Shown here one piece after another: positions 43,257 through 52,971 of a stretch of 64,000 nt of DNA; position 1 is the first letter of the stretch; each line of letters begins with the position of its first letter. Position numbers and translations under genes: made by a program. The DNA comes from Pirellulales bacterium (lineage in GTDB: Bacteria > Planctomycetota > Planctomycetia > Pirellulales > JAICIG01). The notes under the pieces were generated by a model. It searched no databases. It had not been told where the DNA came from and saw nothing but the letters and a program-made list of their open reading frames with translations. The stretch covers positions 1,181-65,180 of the forward strand of contig DATKRK010000301.1 of NCBI GenBank assembly GCA_035532215.1, in the 5' to 3' direction.

Positions 43257-45926
43257 GTGGCCGAAAACACCCCAACACAGATCGTGAACTCGACAAGCGT
43301 CGAGAACAATCCCGTCGCCGTTCCAGGTGGGGCAATGCAGGAATCGGTAACGATTCGCGTCCGCCGCCGCACTTCAGGAACGGAGCCGCTGACGTTCGGC
43401 GTGCCTTGGCCTAAAGGCGCGCTACGCGATGTCGACAAGCTCGCGCTGCTCGACGAGTCTGGTTCTCCGTTGCCGCTGCAGACGCAGTCGCTCGCTCGTT
43501 GGTCGGACGGCAGCGTCAAGTGGCTGCTGGTCGATTCGCTGATCGAAAATCGACCTGAACAAGCGGCAAACCTGGTGTTGACGGCGCGCGATAGGTGCGA
43601 CCGCGAGTTTCCCTCTGGCGACGTTGCCAGGGGGATTAAGGTCCAAACAACGAAGCAACGGTTTCAAGTTGCCGTTGGGGAAACATTCTTTGAAGTCGCC
43701 CGGAGCGGTACGGGACCGATCGGGCAGGCCCTGTCGGCCGCTGTCGTGCAACCGGCTTGTTTGTCGGTTGTCTTGCGGCTCACCGATGTCCGCGGTCGGA
43801 GATGCGAGGCACGGGTGGAACGGTCGCAACTGGAGACGTTAGGCCCGGTGCGAACGACGATTTTGCTGGAAGGGGTCTTTGCACGCTGCCGAGGGCTGCG
43901 GTTCCGCTGTCGTCTGTGCTTTTTCGGGACCAGGGGGCTTGTGCGAGTCCGTTTAACGCTGCACAACCCGAATCGGGCCCGACACCGCGGCGGGCTCTGG
44001 GATCTGGGCGATCCCGGATCGATTCTGTTCCGCGATTGCTCTTTGTTGGTCTTAATGCCTAAGGGCGACGAGCGAGTGGTTTGGCGCACGGAGTCGGAAG
44101 CGAAGCCAAGCACGGCTGAATCAGGAGTTGAGATCTACCAGGACTCGAGCGGCGGCGAAAATTGGCGCAGCCCTAACCACGTCAATCTTAAAGGCCGCGT
44201 ATCGTGCCGCTTTCGCGGCTACGAAGTGCGAACAAGTTCCGATGTGACTCGCGGGCTGCGAGCCAGTCCCGTGCTGGCCTGGAGCGACGGTGTCAGCGCG
44301 GTGTCGGCGGCGATTCCCGAATTCTGGCAGCAGTTTCCCAAGCTCCTTGCCGCTGAGCCCGGGCAGCTCCGGTTCGGCTTGTTCCCCGATGCATGGGACG
44401 ACCTGCACGAGTTGCAAGGCGGCGAGCAAAAGACGCACGCGGTTTGGTTGCACTTTGGGCCGCATGACGCAGATCCGCTGAGCTCCTTGGCCTGGGTTCA
44501 TGCGCCGAGCCAAGCTGCGGCTGACCCGTACTGGATCGAGCGCAGTGAAGCAGTCAAGCCCTTTATATCCGTACTGAACGAGCCCAGGTTGCAAGCATTG
44601 CTCACGGAGGCAGCCGCTGGCGAGAAAAGTTTCGCGGCGCGGCGAGAAGTGGTTGATGAGTATGGTTGGCGGCACTATGGCGAAGTGTACGCGGACCATG
44701 AGAACGCATACTACCAAGGCTCCAAGCCGGTTGTCTCTCACTACAACAACCAGTACGATCTGGTCTACGGCATGCTGTTGCAGTGGCTGCGAACGGGCGA
44801 CCCGGCCTGGCGCGATCTGGCGGATCCGCTAGCCCGCCACATCATCGATGTGGATATCTATCACACCACGCAAGATCGCTCTGCCTACAATGGCGGATTG
44901 TTTTGGCATACCGACCACTATCTAGATGCCGCGACTGCGACGCATCGCACTTTTTCTCGCGAGAATCTTCCATGCGGAGGCGGCCCATACGGCGGCGGTC
45001 CGGGAAACGAACACAACTACACGACCGGCCTCTTGCACTATTATTACGTGACCGGCGACCGACAAGCGATGGATGCCGTACTCGGCTTGGCCGACTGGGT
45101 AGTTCGAATGGACGACGGTTGGCGGAATATCTTGGGACTGGTCGATGAAACTTCTACTGGTCGAGCAACGGCGACTGGCGAAGCGAAATACCACGGGCCG
45201 GGACGCGGAGCCGGCAACTCGATCAATGCGTTGCTCGACGGCTGGCTGGCCAGCTCGCATCGTTCCTATCTGGACTATGCAGAAACGCTGATTCGGCGCG
45301 TGGTCCATCCAGAAGACGACATTTCGAGTCGCGAGCTGCTCGACATCGAGCGGCGCTGGAGCTATCCGGTGTTTTTCACCGCCCTGGCAAGATATCTTGA
45401 CCTGAAGGCGGAGGCCGGCGAACTCGACGAAATGTATGCTTACGCTCAAGCGTCGCTAGTTCGCTACGCGGTGTGGATGCAGGAGCATGAGCGGCCTTAT
45501 CTCGACCGGCGAGAGGAATTGGAGTTTCCGACCGAGACCTGGGCCGCGCAGGAATTGCGGAAAGCAAATGTCCTGCGCATGGCATCCGGTTTCGTCGACG
45601 ACGTCAAGCTGCGGATGAAGTTATTCCAATGCGGCGCCGCGCTGGCCGAGCGAGCCTGGGACGATCTCATGAAGTTCGAATCGCGTCTTTGCACGCGACC
45701 GCTGGCGATCCTAATGATTGAAGGACTTCGCGACAGTCTTTTCCGATCGCAGTTGCCGTCGCAAAACCCTCGATGCGCCCCGTTGGATCGTCTCGCGCCG
45801 CCTGTCGAATTTCTTGGGCAAAAGGAGCGCTTCGAAAACAGCCTTCGAAGGCCGGCGGGCTTGGTGCGCATGGCCGCGAGGGCAGTAAACCCTGCGCGCT
45901 GGCTGCACGTGCGCTGGAGGACGTAG
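43257..45926 (+). CDS. large uncharacterised protein; N-terminal RIFT-barrel-like (YetA/PcRGLX-like) region + alpha/alpha-toroid-like C-terminal region
   Basis: LTFGVPWPKGALRDVDKLALLDESGSPLPLQTQSLARWSDGSVKWLLVD resembles the N-terminus of YetA/exo-rhamnogalacturonan-lyase-like proteins (by eye). Later NGGLFWHTDHY and GNEHNYTTGLLHYYYVTGD. No signal peptide. GTG start; ATG 43335 is an alternative. Confidence 0.55.
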   Translation: MAENTPTQIVNSTSVENNPVAVPGGAMQESVTIRVRRRTSGTEPLTFGVPWPKGALRDVDKLALLDESGSPLPLQTQSLARWSDGSVKWLLVDSLIENRPEQAANLVLTARDRCDREFPSGDVARGIKVQTTKQRFQVAVGETFFEVARSGTGPIGQALSAAVVQPACLSVVLRLTDVRGRRCEARVERSQLETLGPVRTTILLEGVFARCRGLRFRCRLCFFGTRGLVRVRLTLHNPNRARHRGGLWDLGDPGSILFRDCSLLVLMPKGDERVVWRTESEAKPSTAESGVEIYQDSSGGENWRSPNHVNLKGRVSCRFRGYEVRTSSDVTRGLRASPVLAWSDGVSAVSAAIPEFWQQFPKLLAAEPGQLRFGLFPDAWDDLHELQGGEQKTHAVWLHFGPHDADPLSSLAWVHAPSQAAADPYWIERSEAVKPFISVLNEPRLQALLTEAAAGEKSFAARREVVDEYGWRHYGEVYADHENAYYQGSKPVVSHYNNQYDLVYGMLLQWLRTGDPAWRDLADPLARHIIDVDIYHTTQDRSAYNGGLFWHTDHYLDAATATHRTFSRENLPCGGGPYGGGPGNEHNYTTGLLHYYYVTGDRQAMDAVLGLADWVVRMDDGWRNILGLVDETSTGRATATGEAKYHGPGRGAGNSINALLDGWLASSHRSYLDYAETLIRRVVHPEDDISSRELLDIERRWSYPVFFTALARYLDLKAEAGELDEMYAYAQASLVRYAVWMQEHERPYLDRREELEFPTETWAAQELRKANVLRMASGFVDDVKLRMKLFQCGAALAERAWDDLMKFESRLCTRPLAILMIEGLRDSLFRSQLPSQNPRCAPLDRLAPPVEFLGQKERFENSLRRPAGLVRMAARAVNPARWLHVRWRT

Positions 45927-45950
45927 TTGAGGCGCGCGACTGCCATCACC

Positions 45951-47117
45951 ATGACTTCGGAACCAGCGTTGGCACGGCCGCAAAGCGACGCTCCCACTCG
46001 GCGCCCGACGGTCTGCCATTTGTTGCACAGCTTGACGGTTGGCGGCGCCGAGGTTCTGGCAATGCGCTTTGCACAAGGCCTGCACAGTCGATTCCGCTTT
46101 GTGTTTGCGTGTCTGGACGAATTGGGCCCCCTGGGAGAACGGTTGCAAAGCGAGGGGTTCGCAGTATACGTGTTGGGACGACGGCCGGGACTTGACTGGC
46201 AATGTTCGCGGCGGTTGAGGGCGCTGTTGCGCCGGGAGAATGTGGAACTTATTCACTCCCACCAGTACACGCCGTTCTTTTATGCTGCGATGGCTCGCTG
46301 GCCGCTGAAAGATTGGCCAATTGTGTTCACGGAGCACGGACGGACGTTCCCCGATTACCCCAGAAGAAAACGGATCGTAGCCAACCGCCTGCTGCTCGGA
46401 AAACGCGACCGAGTCGTCGGCGTCGGCCGCGCAGTACGGGAGGCGCTGATCGCCAACGAAGGCTTGCCCGCGAAGCGGGTCGACGTGATTTACAACGGCG
46501 TCGATTTGGCGCCCTTTAGAGCAAGCGCCAAGCGTGGTCGTGCAGCGGCGCGGAAGGAGCTTCTGTGGGCTCCAGAAGAGTTCGTGGTGATCCAGGTGGC
46601 GAGGCTGGATCCGCTGAAAGATCATCTCACGGCGATACGTGTCATGGCTCGCGTGCGAGAGGCTTGTTCGCATGCGCGTTTGGTCCTGGTGGGCGAAGGA
46701 GCGGAACGCGCATCGATCGAGGCGGAAGTGAAAAGGCTGGCTTTGACGGCTCATGTGACGCTGCTCGGGCAGCGGCATGACGTTCCGAGGTTGTTGGCAG
46801 CATCTGACCTGTGCCTCTTGTCCAGCCGGAGCGAGGGGATACCGCTAACGTTGATCGAGGCCATGGCTGCCGGAGTTCCGGTCGTTGCAACGAACGTCGG
46901 GGGAGTCGGCGAGGTGATCAATGACGGCGAGACGGGATTGCTTGCGCCAAGCGGGGACGACGAGGCGTTGGCGGCTGCTGTTCTGCGCATTACGAGAGAA
47001 GCATCGTTGAGGGACCGGTTGGTGGCTGCGGCATATCTGAAGGCAAACAAAGGCTATTCCGAAGAGAAAATGCACGGCGCATATGCAAGGCTTTATGAGG
47101 AGGTGCTCGGTGAATAA
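45951..47117 (+). CDS. glycosyltransferase family 4 (GT-B)
   Basis: VCHLLHSLTVGGAEVLA and LLSSRSEGIPLTLIEAMAAGVPVVATNVGGVGEVI. The ATG at 45951 is preferred over the track TTG at 45927. Confidence 0.9.
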   Translation: MTSEPALARPQSDAPTRRPTVCHLLHSLTVGGAEVLAMRFAQGLHSRFRFVFACLDELGPLGERLQSEGFAVYVLGRRPGLDWQCSRRLRALLRRENVELIHSHQYTPFFYAAMARWPLKDWPIVFTEHGRTFPDYPRRKRIVANRLLLGKRDRVVGVGRAVREALIANEGLPAKRVDVIYNGVDLAPFRASAKRGRAAARKELLWAPEEFVVIQVARLDPLKDHLTAIRVMARVREACSHARLVLVGEGAERASIEAEVKRLALTAHVTLLGQRHDVPRLLAASDLCLLSSRSEGIPLTLIEAMAAGVPVVATNVGGVGEVINDGETGLLAPSGDDEALAAAVLRITREASLRDRLVAAAYLKANKGYSEEKMHGAYARLYEEVLGE

Positions 47118-48309
47118 CGCCGAGGGCCGGCGTTCGCCTCTGTTGGTGTTTGCCGACGACTGGGGACGGCACCCCTCGAGTTGCCAACACCTCGTGCGGG
47201 AACTACTGCCGAGGCGCGAGGTGCGCTGGGTCAATACGATCGGCATGCGCCCGCCCCGGATGGATGCCGCTACGCTACGGCGAGCCGCGCAAAAACTGCA
47301 TGATTGGACCAAGCCGCGCCGCCGGAGCGCTGCCGGAATGCCGACGGGGTTGCAAGTGTGCAATCCGCGCATGTGGCCCTGGTTTCGCAGACGCTTCGAC
47401 CGACGCTTGAACCGACGGCTGCTCGTGAGTCAACTGCGCGGCGTAATCCAAGCCTTAGCCGAGTCGCCGATCGGGGTCACCACGTTGCCGATCACGGCCG
47501 ACTTGATGGGGGCGTTGCCCGTCGTTCGCTGGGTTTACTATTGCGTCGACGATTTCAGCCAGTGGCCAGGCCTCGATCAAAAGCCGTTGGCGGAGATGGA
47601 ACGGGAGGTCGTGCAGCGCGCCGATCGCATTATTGCGGCGAGCGAAGCGCTCCGAGAGCGGATTGCAGGTTGGGGCCGAGAGTCGCACTTGTTGACGCAC
47701 GGCGTGGACCTCGAACATTGGCGCCTCGGCGACTCGCGACCGAGCGAGGCGCTCAAGGAGTTAGAACGGCCGCTCGTTTTGTTTTGGGGACTGATCGACC
47801 GACGCATTGACGTCGAATTCGTACGGCGGGCCGCCTCGGCATTAACACAGGGAACTGTTGTGCTGCTGGGTCCGGAACAGGATCCGGCCCCAGACTTGTA
47901 TCGCTCGCCGCGCGTGGCCAGAGTGCCGGCAGTCGGATACGATGAGCTGCCTGTACTGGCGCGAGAAGCGGCGGCGTTGATTATGCCTTATGCAGATCAG
48001 CCGGTCACGCGGGCAATGCAACCCTTGAAGTTGAAGGAGTATTTGGCGACAGGCAAACCGGTCGTCGCCCGCGACTTGCCCGCGGTTTGCGAATGGGCCG
48101 ACTGCCTTGATGTGGTGGCCACAGCGGACGAATTCGCCGCTGTCTTGCGACAGCGGCTCGATGGGTTGTTGCCCGAAAGCCAAATGCTGGCCCGAAGGCG
48201 GTTGGCCGAGGAAAGTTGGGCGGCTAAAGCTCAACGCTTCGAAGAAGTGCTCACTGGAAGCGACGAGGGGGCGATTGCGGTTGCTGCGCCGCGAGGGAAC
48301 GCCCAGTGA
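47083..48309 (+). CDS. glycosyltransferase, GT-B fold (TuaH-like)
   Basis: LLVFADDWGRHPSSCQHLVREL and the C-terminal QPLKLKEYLATGKPVVARDLP. The start is uncertain (ATG 47083 or 47095, GTG 47110). Confidence 0.65.
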   Translation: MQGFMRRCSVNNAEGRRSPLLVFADDWGRHPSSCQHLVRELLPRREVRWVNTIGMRPPRMDAATLRRAAQKLHDWTKPRRRSAAGMPTGLQVCNPRMWPWFRRRFDRRLNRRLLVSQLRGVIQALAESPIGVTTLPITADLMGALPVVRWVYYCVDDFSQWPGLDQKPLAEMEREVVQRADRIIAASEALRERIAGWGRESHLLTHGVDLEHWRLGDSRPSEALKELERPLVLFWGLIDRRIDVEFVRRAASALTQGTVVLLGPEQDPAPDLYRSPRVARVPAVGYDELPVLAREAAALIMPYADQPVTRAMQPLKLKEYLATGKPVVARDLPAVCEWADCLDVVATADEFAAVLRQRLDGLLPESQMLARRRLAEESWAAKAQRFEEVLTGSDEGAIAVAAPRGNAQ

Positions 48310-48402
48310 GCGCCTCGCACCGAGTAGCGTGCTCCGAAAACGGTCCTGCAGGAAGCGTGCCCGTGGTCGCCGCCGTGACGGACGGCCAAGAGACTGACAG
48401 AC

Positions 48403-49524
48403 GTGGGGTTGTCCTCCATGCGCGCGTGGTTACTAAATCGGGTGGGGGGGCCCGACAAGACAATCCTGAATTCTCCAAGGTTCTTGGAGCCATACGGCTA
48501 TCGTGCCATCTGCGCTTATATGCATCCGCCCGGCGACCCGGGATTCGATACGCTGCGCGGGCGGGCTGTTGCCCTGGGCGCTCGCTTGGAAAGCATTCCT
48601 GACAGGCAGGCGCTCGACTGGCGCGTGTTGCGCGAAATGCTGCGATTGTGCCGGCGCGAGCGAGTGGCGATCTGGCACGGGCACGACTACAAGAGTAACC
48701 TGCTGGGGATTTTGCTGGCTCACTTTTGGCCCATGCGGCTGATCACGACCGCTCACGGCTGGGTGGAGCAAACGGCGCGCACGCCATTTTACTATGCCGT
48801 CGATCGCTGGGCGCTGCGGCGTTACGAGCGCGTGATTTGCGTTTCGGAGGACTTGTTCCAGCAGTGCATGGAGGCGGGCGTGCCCCGCTCCGCCTGCCGA
48901 TTAATCGAAAACGCCATTGATACCGAGCAATTCAGTCGAACGGCGGATCGCGATGAGGCCAAGCGTCGGCTGGGATTCACGCTGGGACGAATATTGATTG
49001 GCGCCGTCGGGCGCCTTTCCGGCGAGAAAGGTTTCGATCGACTGATTGCAGCAGTCGACCGTTTGCTGAATGAGGGGCTCGACCTTGAACTGTGCATTGT
49101 CGGCGAAGGCGGCGAGCGAGGCAACCTGGAGCGACTGATTGCGAAGCTCAGGCGGCAGGATCGCATTCGCTTGGCGGGGTTTCAGTCCGACACGCTCGAA
49201 TGGTACCACGCGATGGACGTGTATGCCCTGAGCAGCCTGCGCGAAGGGCTTCCCAACGTGCTGCTGGAGGCGATGGCGCTCAAAGTGCCCGTAGTAGCGA
49301 CGCGCGTAGCTGGCGTGCCCAAGTTGGTACGCGATGGCGAGAATGGCCTACTTGCAGAAGCGGACGATGTCGAGGGACTGTGCCGAGCGTTGCGAACGCT
49401 TGCGAGCGAAGGGGCGCTACGATTACGACTGGGCGAGGCGGGCCGGGCTACGGTGGAAAAAAGCTACAGCTTCGCGGTCCGCATGGAAAAGATTCGGTCG
49501 ATTTACGACGAACTGCTGGGCTGA
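48403..49524 (+). CDS. glycosyltransferase family 4; the N-terminus is apparently displaced by a frameshift in a G7 run (intact reading would start near 48306-48375)
   Basis: ALSSLREGLPNVLLEAMALKVPVVATRVAGVPKLV. Frame 0 upstream encodes ...GVVLHARVVTKSGGG, which aligns with paralog 39920 (INVVHLRSSRGTGGGPDKTLL) and joins PDKTILNS only if one G of 48444-48450 is removed. Confidence 0.85.
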   Translation: MGLSSMRAWLLNRVGGPDKTILNSPRFLEPYGYRAICAYMHPPGDPGFDTLRGRAVALGARLESIPDRQALDWRVLREMLRLCRRERVAIWHGHDYKSNLLGILLAHFWPMRLITTAHGWVEQTARTPFYYAVDRWALRRYERVICVSEDLFQQCMEAGVPRSACRLIENAIDTEQFSRTADRDEAKRRLGFTLGRILIGAVGRLSGEKGFDRLIAAVDRLLNEGLDLELCIVGEGGERGNLERLIAKLRRQDRIRLAGFQSDTLEWYHAMDVYALSSLREGLPNVLLEAMALKVPVVATRVAGVPKLVRDGENGLLAEADDVEGLCRALRTLASEGALRLRLGEAGRATVEKSYSFAVRMEKIRSIYDELLG

Positions 49525-49528
49525 GCAC

Positions 49529-50515
49529 ATGTACTTCACTGTAACTGTTGATACCGAGGAGGAGTGGGACTGGGGGGACGGCTGGCCTACCAGTCGGCCG
49601 CAGGTTACAAACATTCAGGCGTTGCCCAGGTTCCAGCAGCTTTGCGCGCGATACGGCGCGAGGCCGACTTACTTCGTCAACCTCGCAGTGCTCGAGGATC
49701 CGAAGGCCTGCGCGGTGATCCTTGACTTGGCGTCGCGCGACGACTGCGAAATCGGGATGCACATTCACCCGTGGAACACTCCGCCTATCTTGGATCATCG
49801 GCCCGCCACCGCCCGCGACACGTTTCTTCACAACCTGCGAGAGGACCTGATCACTGCAAAGCTGACCAGCGTCTACAACCGGTTTCTTGAACTCGGCTTG
49901 CGACCGACAAGCTTCCGCGGAGGCCGCTATTCAAGCGGCGGCCAGGTTACCCAGTTCTTGCAAGATCATGGCTTCAAGGTGGATGCCTCGGTACTGCCCA
50001 TGACCACCTGGCCTGACGACGGGGCTCCGGATTATCGGCGGCGAGACCTGCTGCCTCGACGTCTTGCGCCGTCGCGCGAGGGCGAACTGCCGCTTTGGGA
50101 AATTCCCTTAACCTTGGGCTTTACGCGTAAGCCGCTAGCATTCTGGCGCCGGTGGTACGAGGCCATCGAAGCGAGTTGGCTGAGCAAACTGCGCTTGATT
50201 GGAATCGGAGAGCGATTGGGCATCGTTCGTCGCGTCTGGCTGAACTTCGAGTCCCCACTGGGGGAACACATGCTGAAGTTCCTTCCGCTGCTCCGGAAAA
50301 TGCAAGTGCCCTGCGCATGCTTCACGGTCCACAGCTCGTCGCTGGTGGCGGGGCCGGGACCGTACACCCGCACGTCGCAAGACGAAGATCGGATCTTCCG
50401 ACAAATAACTGGCGCCTTTCAATGGGTCGCCACTAACGCGGATTTCATTCCTACGACTATGACCGACCTAGCCCATCAACTGGAGGGCGAATACCATGCG
50501 TGTACTAGGAATTAG
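49529..50515 (+). CDS. polysaccharide-deacetylase-like protein (WalW/WbmS-type)
   Basis: MYFTVTVDTEEEWDWGDGW...ARPTYFVNLAVLEDP...EIGMHIHPWNTPP. The start was moved to ATG 49529, just after the upstream stop. Confidence 0.6.
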   Translation: MYFTVTVDTEEEWDWGDGWPTSRPQVTNIQALPRFQQLCARYGARPTYFVNLAVLEDPKACAVILDLASRDDCEIGMHIHPWNTPPILDHRPATARDTFLHNLREDLITAKLTSVYNRFLELGLRPTSFRGGRYSSGGQVTQFLQDHGFKVDASVLPMTTWPDDGAPDYRRRDLLPRRLAPSREGELPLWEIPLTLGFTRKPLAFWRRWYEAIEASWLSKLRLIGIGERLGIVRRVWLNFESPLGEHMLKFLPLLRKMQVPCACFTVHSSSLVAGPGPYTRTSQDEDRIFRQITGAFQWVATNADFIPTTMTDLAHQLEGEYHACTRN

Positions 50516-52370
50516 CCCTTTGGATAAAGACTCGACGGCCTCCTTCCTGGAAGACGGACGCGTCGTGTTCGCCTGCGCCGAAGAACGACTCTCGAGAGTC
50601 AAGCTGCAGGACGGATTCCCGCATCGTGCCGTTCGATTGGGACTGGAACGCACCGGGTGGGATCCGGCATCCATCGATGTCGTGGCCTACGCGTTCTTCG
50701 ACGGCGACGAGGAGGCCAGGCTGATCGGGGCGGCGGTGACACTTGACGGCGAAAGGCACTCGCCAACTGCGACCAGCTCATCGTTGAAGAGACTAAGAGA
50801 AGCCCGACAGGGCTATCGAATGGACCGCAGCATGCGCGTGCATGGCATCGAAAGCGAACGAGACGAGTTTGTGCCTCCAAAGCCATTGGCCAAGCGCATG
50901 GTCTATGAGCTGCTGTCAAGGCTTCCGCGACTTGATCACTGGGCCCACCGGCGCTTATTGCGAACATGGGAGCGTGAAGCGGCCGCTGATCATCGGTTGC
51001 GAACGCAGCAACTCGAAGCGGGATTGGCAGAGTACGGCCTGACAGGCAAGCTGCGTCGCTTCCAGCATCACGACACACATGCTGCTAACTCGTTCTTCGC
51101 CTCGGGCTACGACGAGGCATTGCTGGTCACCTTCGACGGCTACGGTTCAGGTAAATGCGGCGGAATCTACGTCGGCGATAGCAGCGGCATCCGCCTACTG
51201 CACCGGTTCGACTTTCCCAATTCGCTCGGCAATTTCTACGAGCATGTGACCAGCGGTCTGGGATTCCGCGCCGGACGGCACGAGGGCAAAATCGTCGGGC
51301 TGGCCGCGTACGGCAACCCCGACATTCTGAAGCCGGCCCTTTTGGAGCGATTCGATTGCCGTGACGGCGACATCGTGATGAAAGGAAGCCAGAACTACTT
51401 CTTTACGCGGGCCCTCGCGCAGCATTTTGCCAAGCGCGACGTGGCCGCCGCTTATCAGCGAGTCCTAGAGGAGGTCGGGGCCAAAGCGGTCGCCTATTGG
51501 CTCAAGCAGACGGGTATAAGAAACGTAGCAGTTTCCGGCGGCGTCCACGCGAATGTGAAGTTCAACCAGCGGATTCGGGAGGTCGATGGGGTGGAGTCGG
51601 TATTCGTCTATCCAAACATGGGAGATGGCGGTTGCGGAACAGGCGCCGCGATGCTCGCATTTGAACCATCGAGCTTCCGCCAGCGGCCGGTAGCCAACGT
51701 ATACCACGGTCCCGACTACTCGGAGGATGAAATCGCGGCCGAGTTGAACAAGAGCGGCCTAGCGTTCGATCGTTCGGACACCATTGAAGTGCAGGTGGCT
51801 CGCTTGCTGGACGACAACCGGATTGTGGGGCGGTTCGAGGGTCGCATGGAGTACGGGCCGCGAGCCTTGGGCAACCGTTCGATTCTCTATCCCGCGGGCG
51901 ATCCCGAGGTCAATCAATGGCTTAACCATCAACTGGGACGCACGGAGTTCATGCCTTTTGCGCCAGCGGTGCTGCAGAGCGAGGCGCATCGTCTGTTCAA
52001 GAACCTCGAGGGGTGCGAAAAGACGGCTGAATTCATGACAATTACCTTTGATTGCACCGACGAAATGATTCGCATGTGTCCCGCCGCCGTCCACGTCGAC
52101 GGCACGGCCCGGCCACAGCTCGTCAGCGAGCGCACAAATCCGAGCTTTCATCGAATTCTTTGCAGCTACTATGAGTTGACCGGAATACCCGCCGTCATCA
52201 ACACGAGTTTCAACATGCACGAAGAACCCATCGTCTGCTCGCCGGCGGATGCCGTACGCGCCTTTTTGCAAGGCAGACTCGACTATCTCGCCATCGGTCC
52301 GTTTCTCGTTCCACATCCGCGGTTGAGCGACATCGAGCGAGAGCGAGAAAGCCTTGCCGTCAAGGCGTAG
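50496..52370 (+). CDS. carbamoyltransferase (NodU/CmcH family)
   Basis: MRVLGISPLDKDSTASFLEDGRVVFACAEERLSRVK is the Carbam_trans N-domain pattern, and FMPFAPAVL...NTSFNMHEEPIVCSP is the C-domain pattern. Confidence 0.9.
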   Translation: MRVLGISPLDKDSTASFLEDGRVVFACAEERLSRVKLQDGFPHRAVRLGLERTGWDPASIDVVAYAFFDGDEEARLIGAAVTLDGERHSPTATSSSLKRLREARQGYRMDRSMRVHGIESERDEFVPPKPLAKRMVYELLSRLPRLDHWAHRRLLRTWEREAAADHRLRTQQLEAGLAEYGLTGKLRRFQHHDTHAANSFFASGYDEALLVTFDGYGSGKCGGIYVGDSSGIRLLHRFDFPNSLGNFYEHVTSGLGFRAGRHEGKIVGLAAYGNPDILKPALLERFDCRDGDIVMKGSQNYFFTRALAQHFAKRDVAAAYQRVLEEVGAKAVAYWLKQTGIRNVAVSGGVHANVKFNQRIREVDGVESVFVYPNMGDGGCGTGAAMLAFEPSSFRQRPVANVYHGPDYSEDEIAAELNKSGLAFDRSDTIEVQVARLLDDNRIVGRFEGRMEYGPRALGNRSILYPAGDPEVNQWLNHQLGRTEFMPFAPAVLQSEAHRLFKNLEGCEKTAEFMTITFDCTDEMIRMCPAAVHVDGTARPQLVSERTNPSFHRILCSYYELTGIPAVINTSFNMHEEPIVCSPADAVRAFLQGRLDYLAIGPFLVPHPRLSDIERERESLAVKA

Positions 52371-52388
52371 AAGTACGTTTGGATCTCG

Positions 52389-52478
52389 ATGAAAGGCAAG
52401 AAGCACAACGCGGAACAGATCGTCAAGAATCTCTACGAAGCGGACGCGACGCTTGCTGACGGCAAGACGATCGGCTAG
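52389..52478 (+). pseudogene. remnant of an IS3-family transposase OrfA N-terminus
   Basis: The 29-codon ORF MKGKKHNAEQIVKNLYEADATLADGKTIG* resembles IS3/IS911 OrfA N-termini (xxFSxEQIvxiLrEaexxxaxGktv); VCQ follows in frame after the stop. No intact transposase or inverted repeats are seen. Confidence 0.45.
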
Positions 52479-52496
52479 GTCTGCCAAACTTCATCT

Positions 52497-52823
52497 ATGA
52501 GTCAACGTCCCACCACGTTCGGGCAACTGCTCCGACGTCTTGTATCGCCTCGCGCCGCTGCTTCCCAGAATCATGGACCTTTGATCGCCACGGCGACGGA
52601 GGTCGCCGCGCCGTCTGACGCAGACAAATCGCCGCTGTGGGTGATCCTGCACAGCATCACTGATTCAGACGTGCGGCTGATTCACCCCCGTCCCGTGGCC
52701 GCGAGCGAATTGGCGATACAGATCCAGGGGGATAGCGGAGAGATCCTCCGCGTCACGCTGGCGATGGCCGGATCGCAGAAAATGGGCGAGTTATACGAAT
52801 CGACAGCCCAATTTCTACAGTAG
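52497..52823 (+). CDS. hypothetical small protein
   Basis: 108-aa ORF in the same frame as the IS remnant, with reasonable codon bias and no recognised motif. Confidence 0.35.
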   Translation: MSQRPTTFGQLLRRLVSPRAAASQNHGPLIATATEVAAPSDADKSPLWVILHSITDSDVRLIHPRPVAASELAIQIQGDSGEILRVTLAMAGSQKMGELYESTAQFLQ

Positions 52824-52971
52824 AATAATACGGCAAATACAAGCCGCTGGCCGCGTTGGCGGGCGTTTGTTGCTCGCGATCGTCACTTCATTGCAGTGCG
52901 GCGAACCCCAGGCCGGGCGTTGGATGGCCAAGACGCTGCTATCCAAAGTCCCTGATCCAATTGATATCCTG

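Noticed and set aside
45711-46778. 355-aa minus-strand ORF across the 889-aa gene end and the GT4 gene
   Set aside because: It is an antisense shadow. The + strand frames carry GT4 motifs (SRSEGIPLTLIEAMAAG) and good third-position bias.
52497-52823. Small protein considered as a PilZ-type c-di-GMP receptor for the EPS locus
   Set aside because: The C-terminal half has a beta-rich look. However, the RxxxR and (D/N)xSxxG motifs are not present in the required form (RRLVSPR and TDSDV only approximate them).
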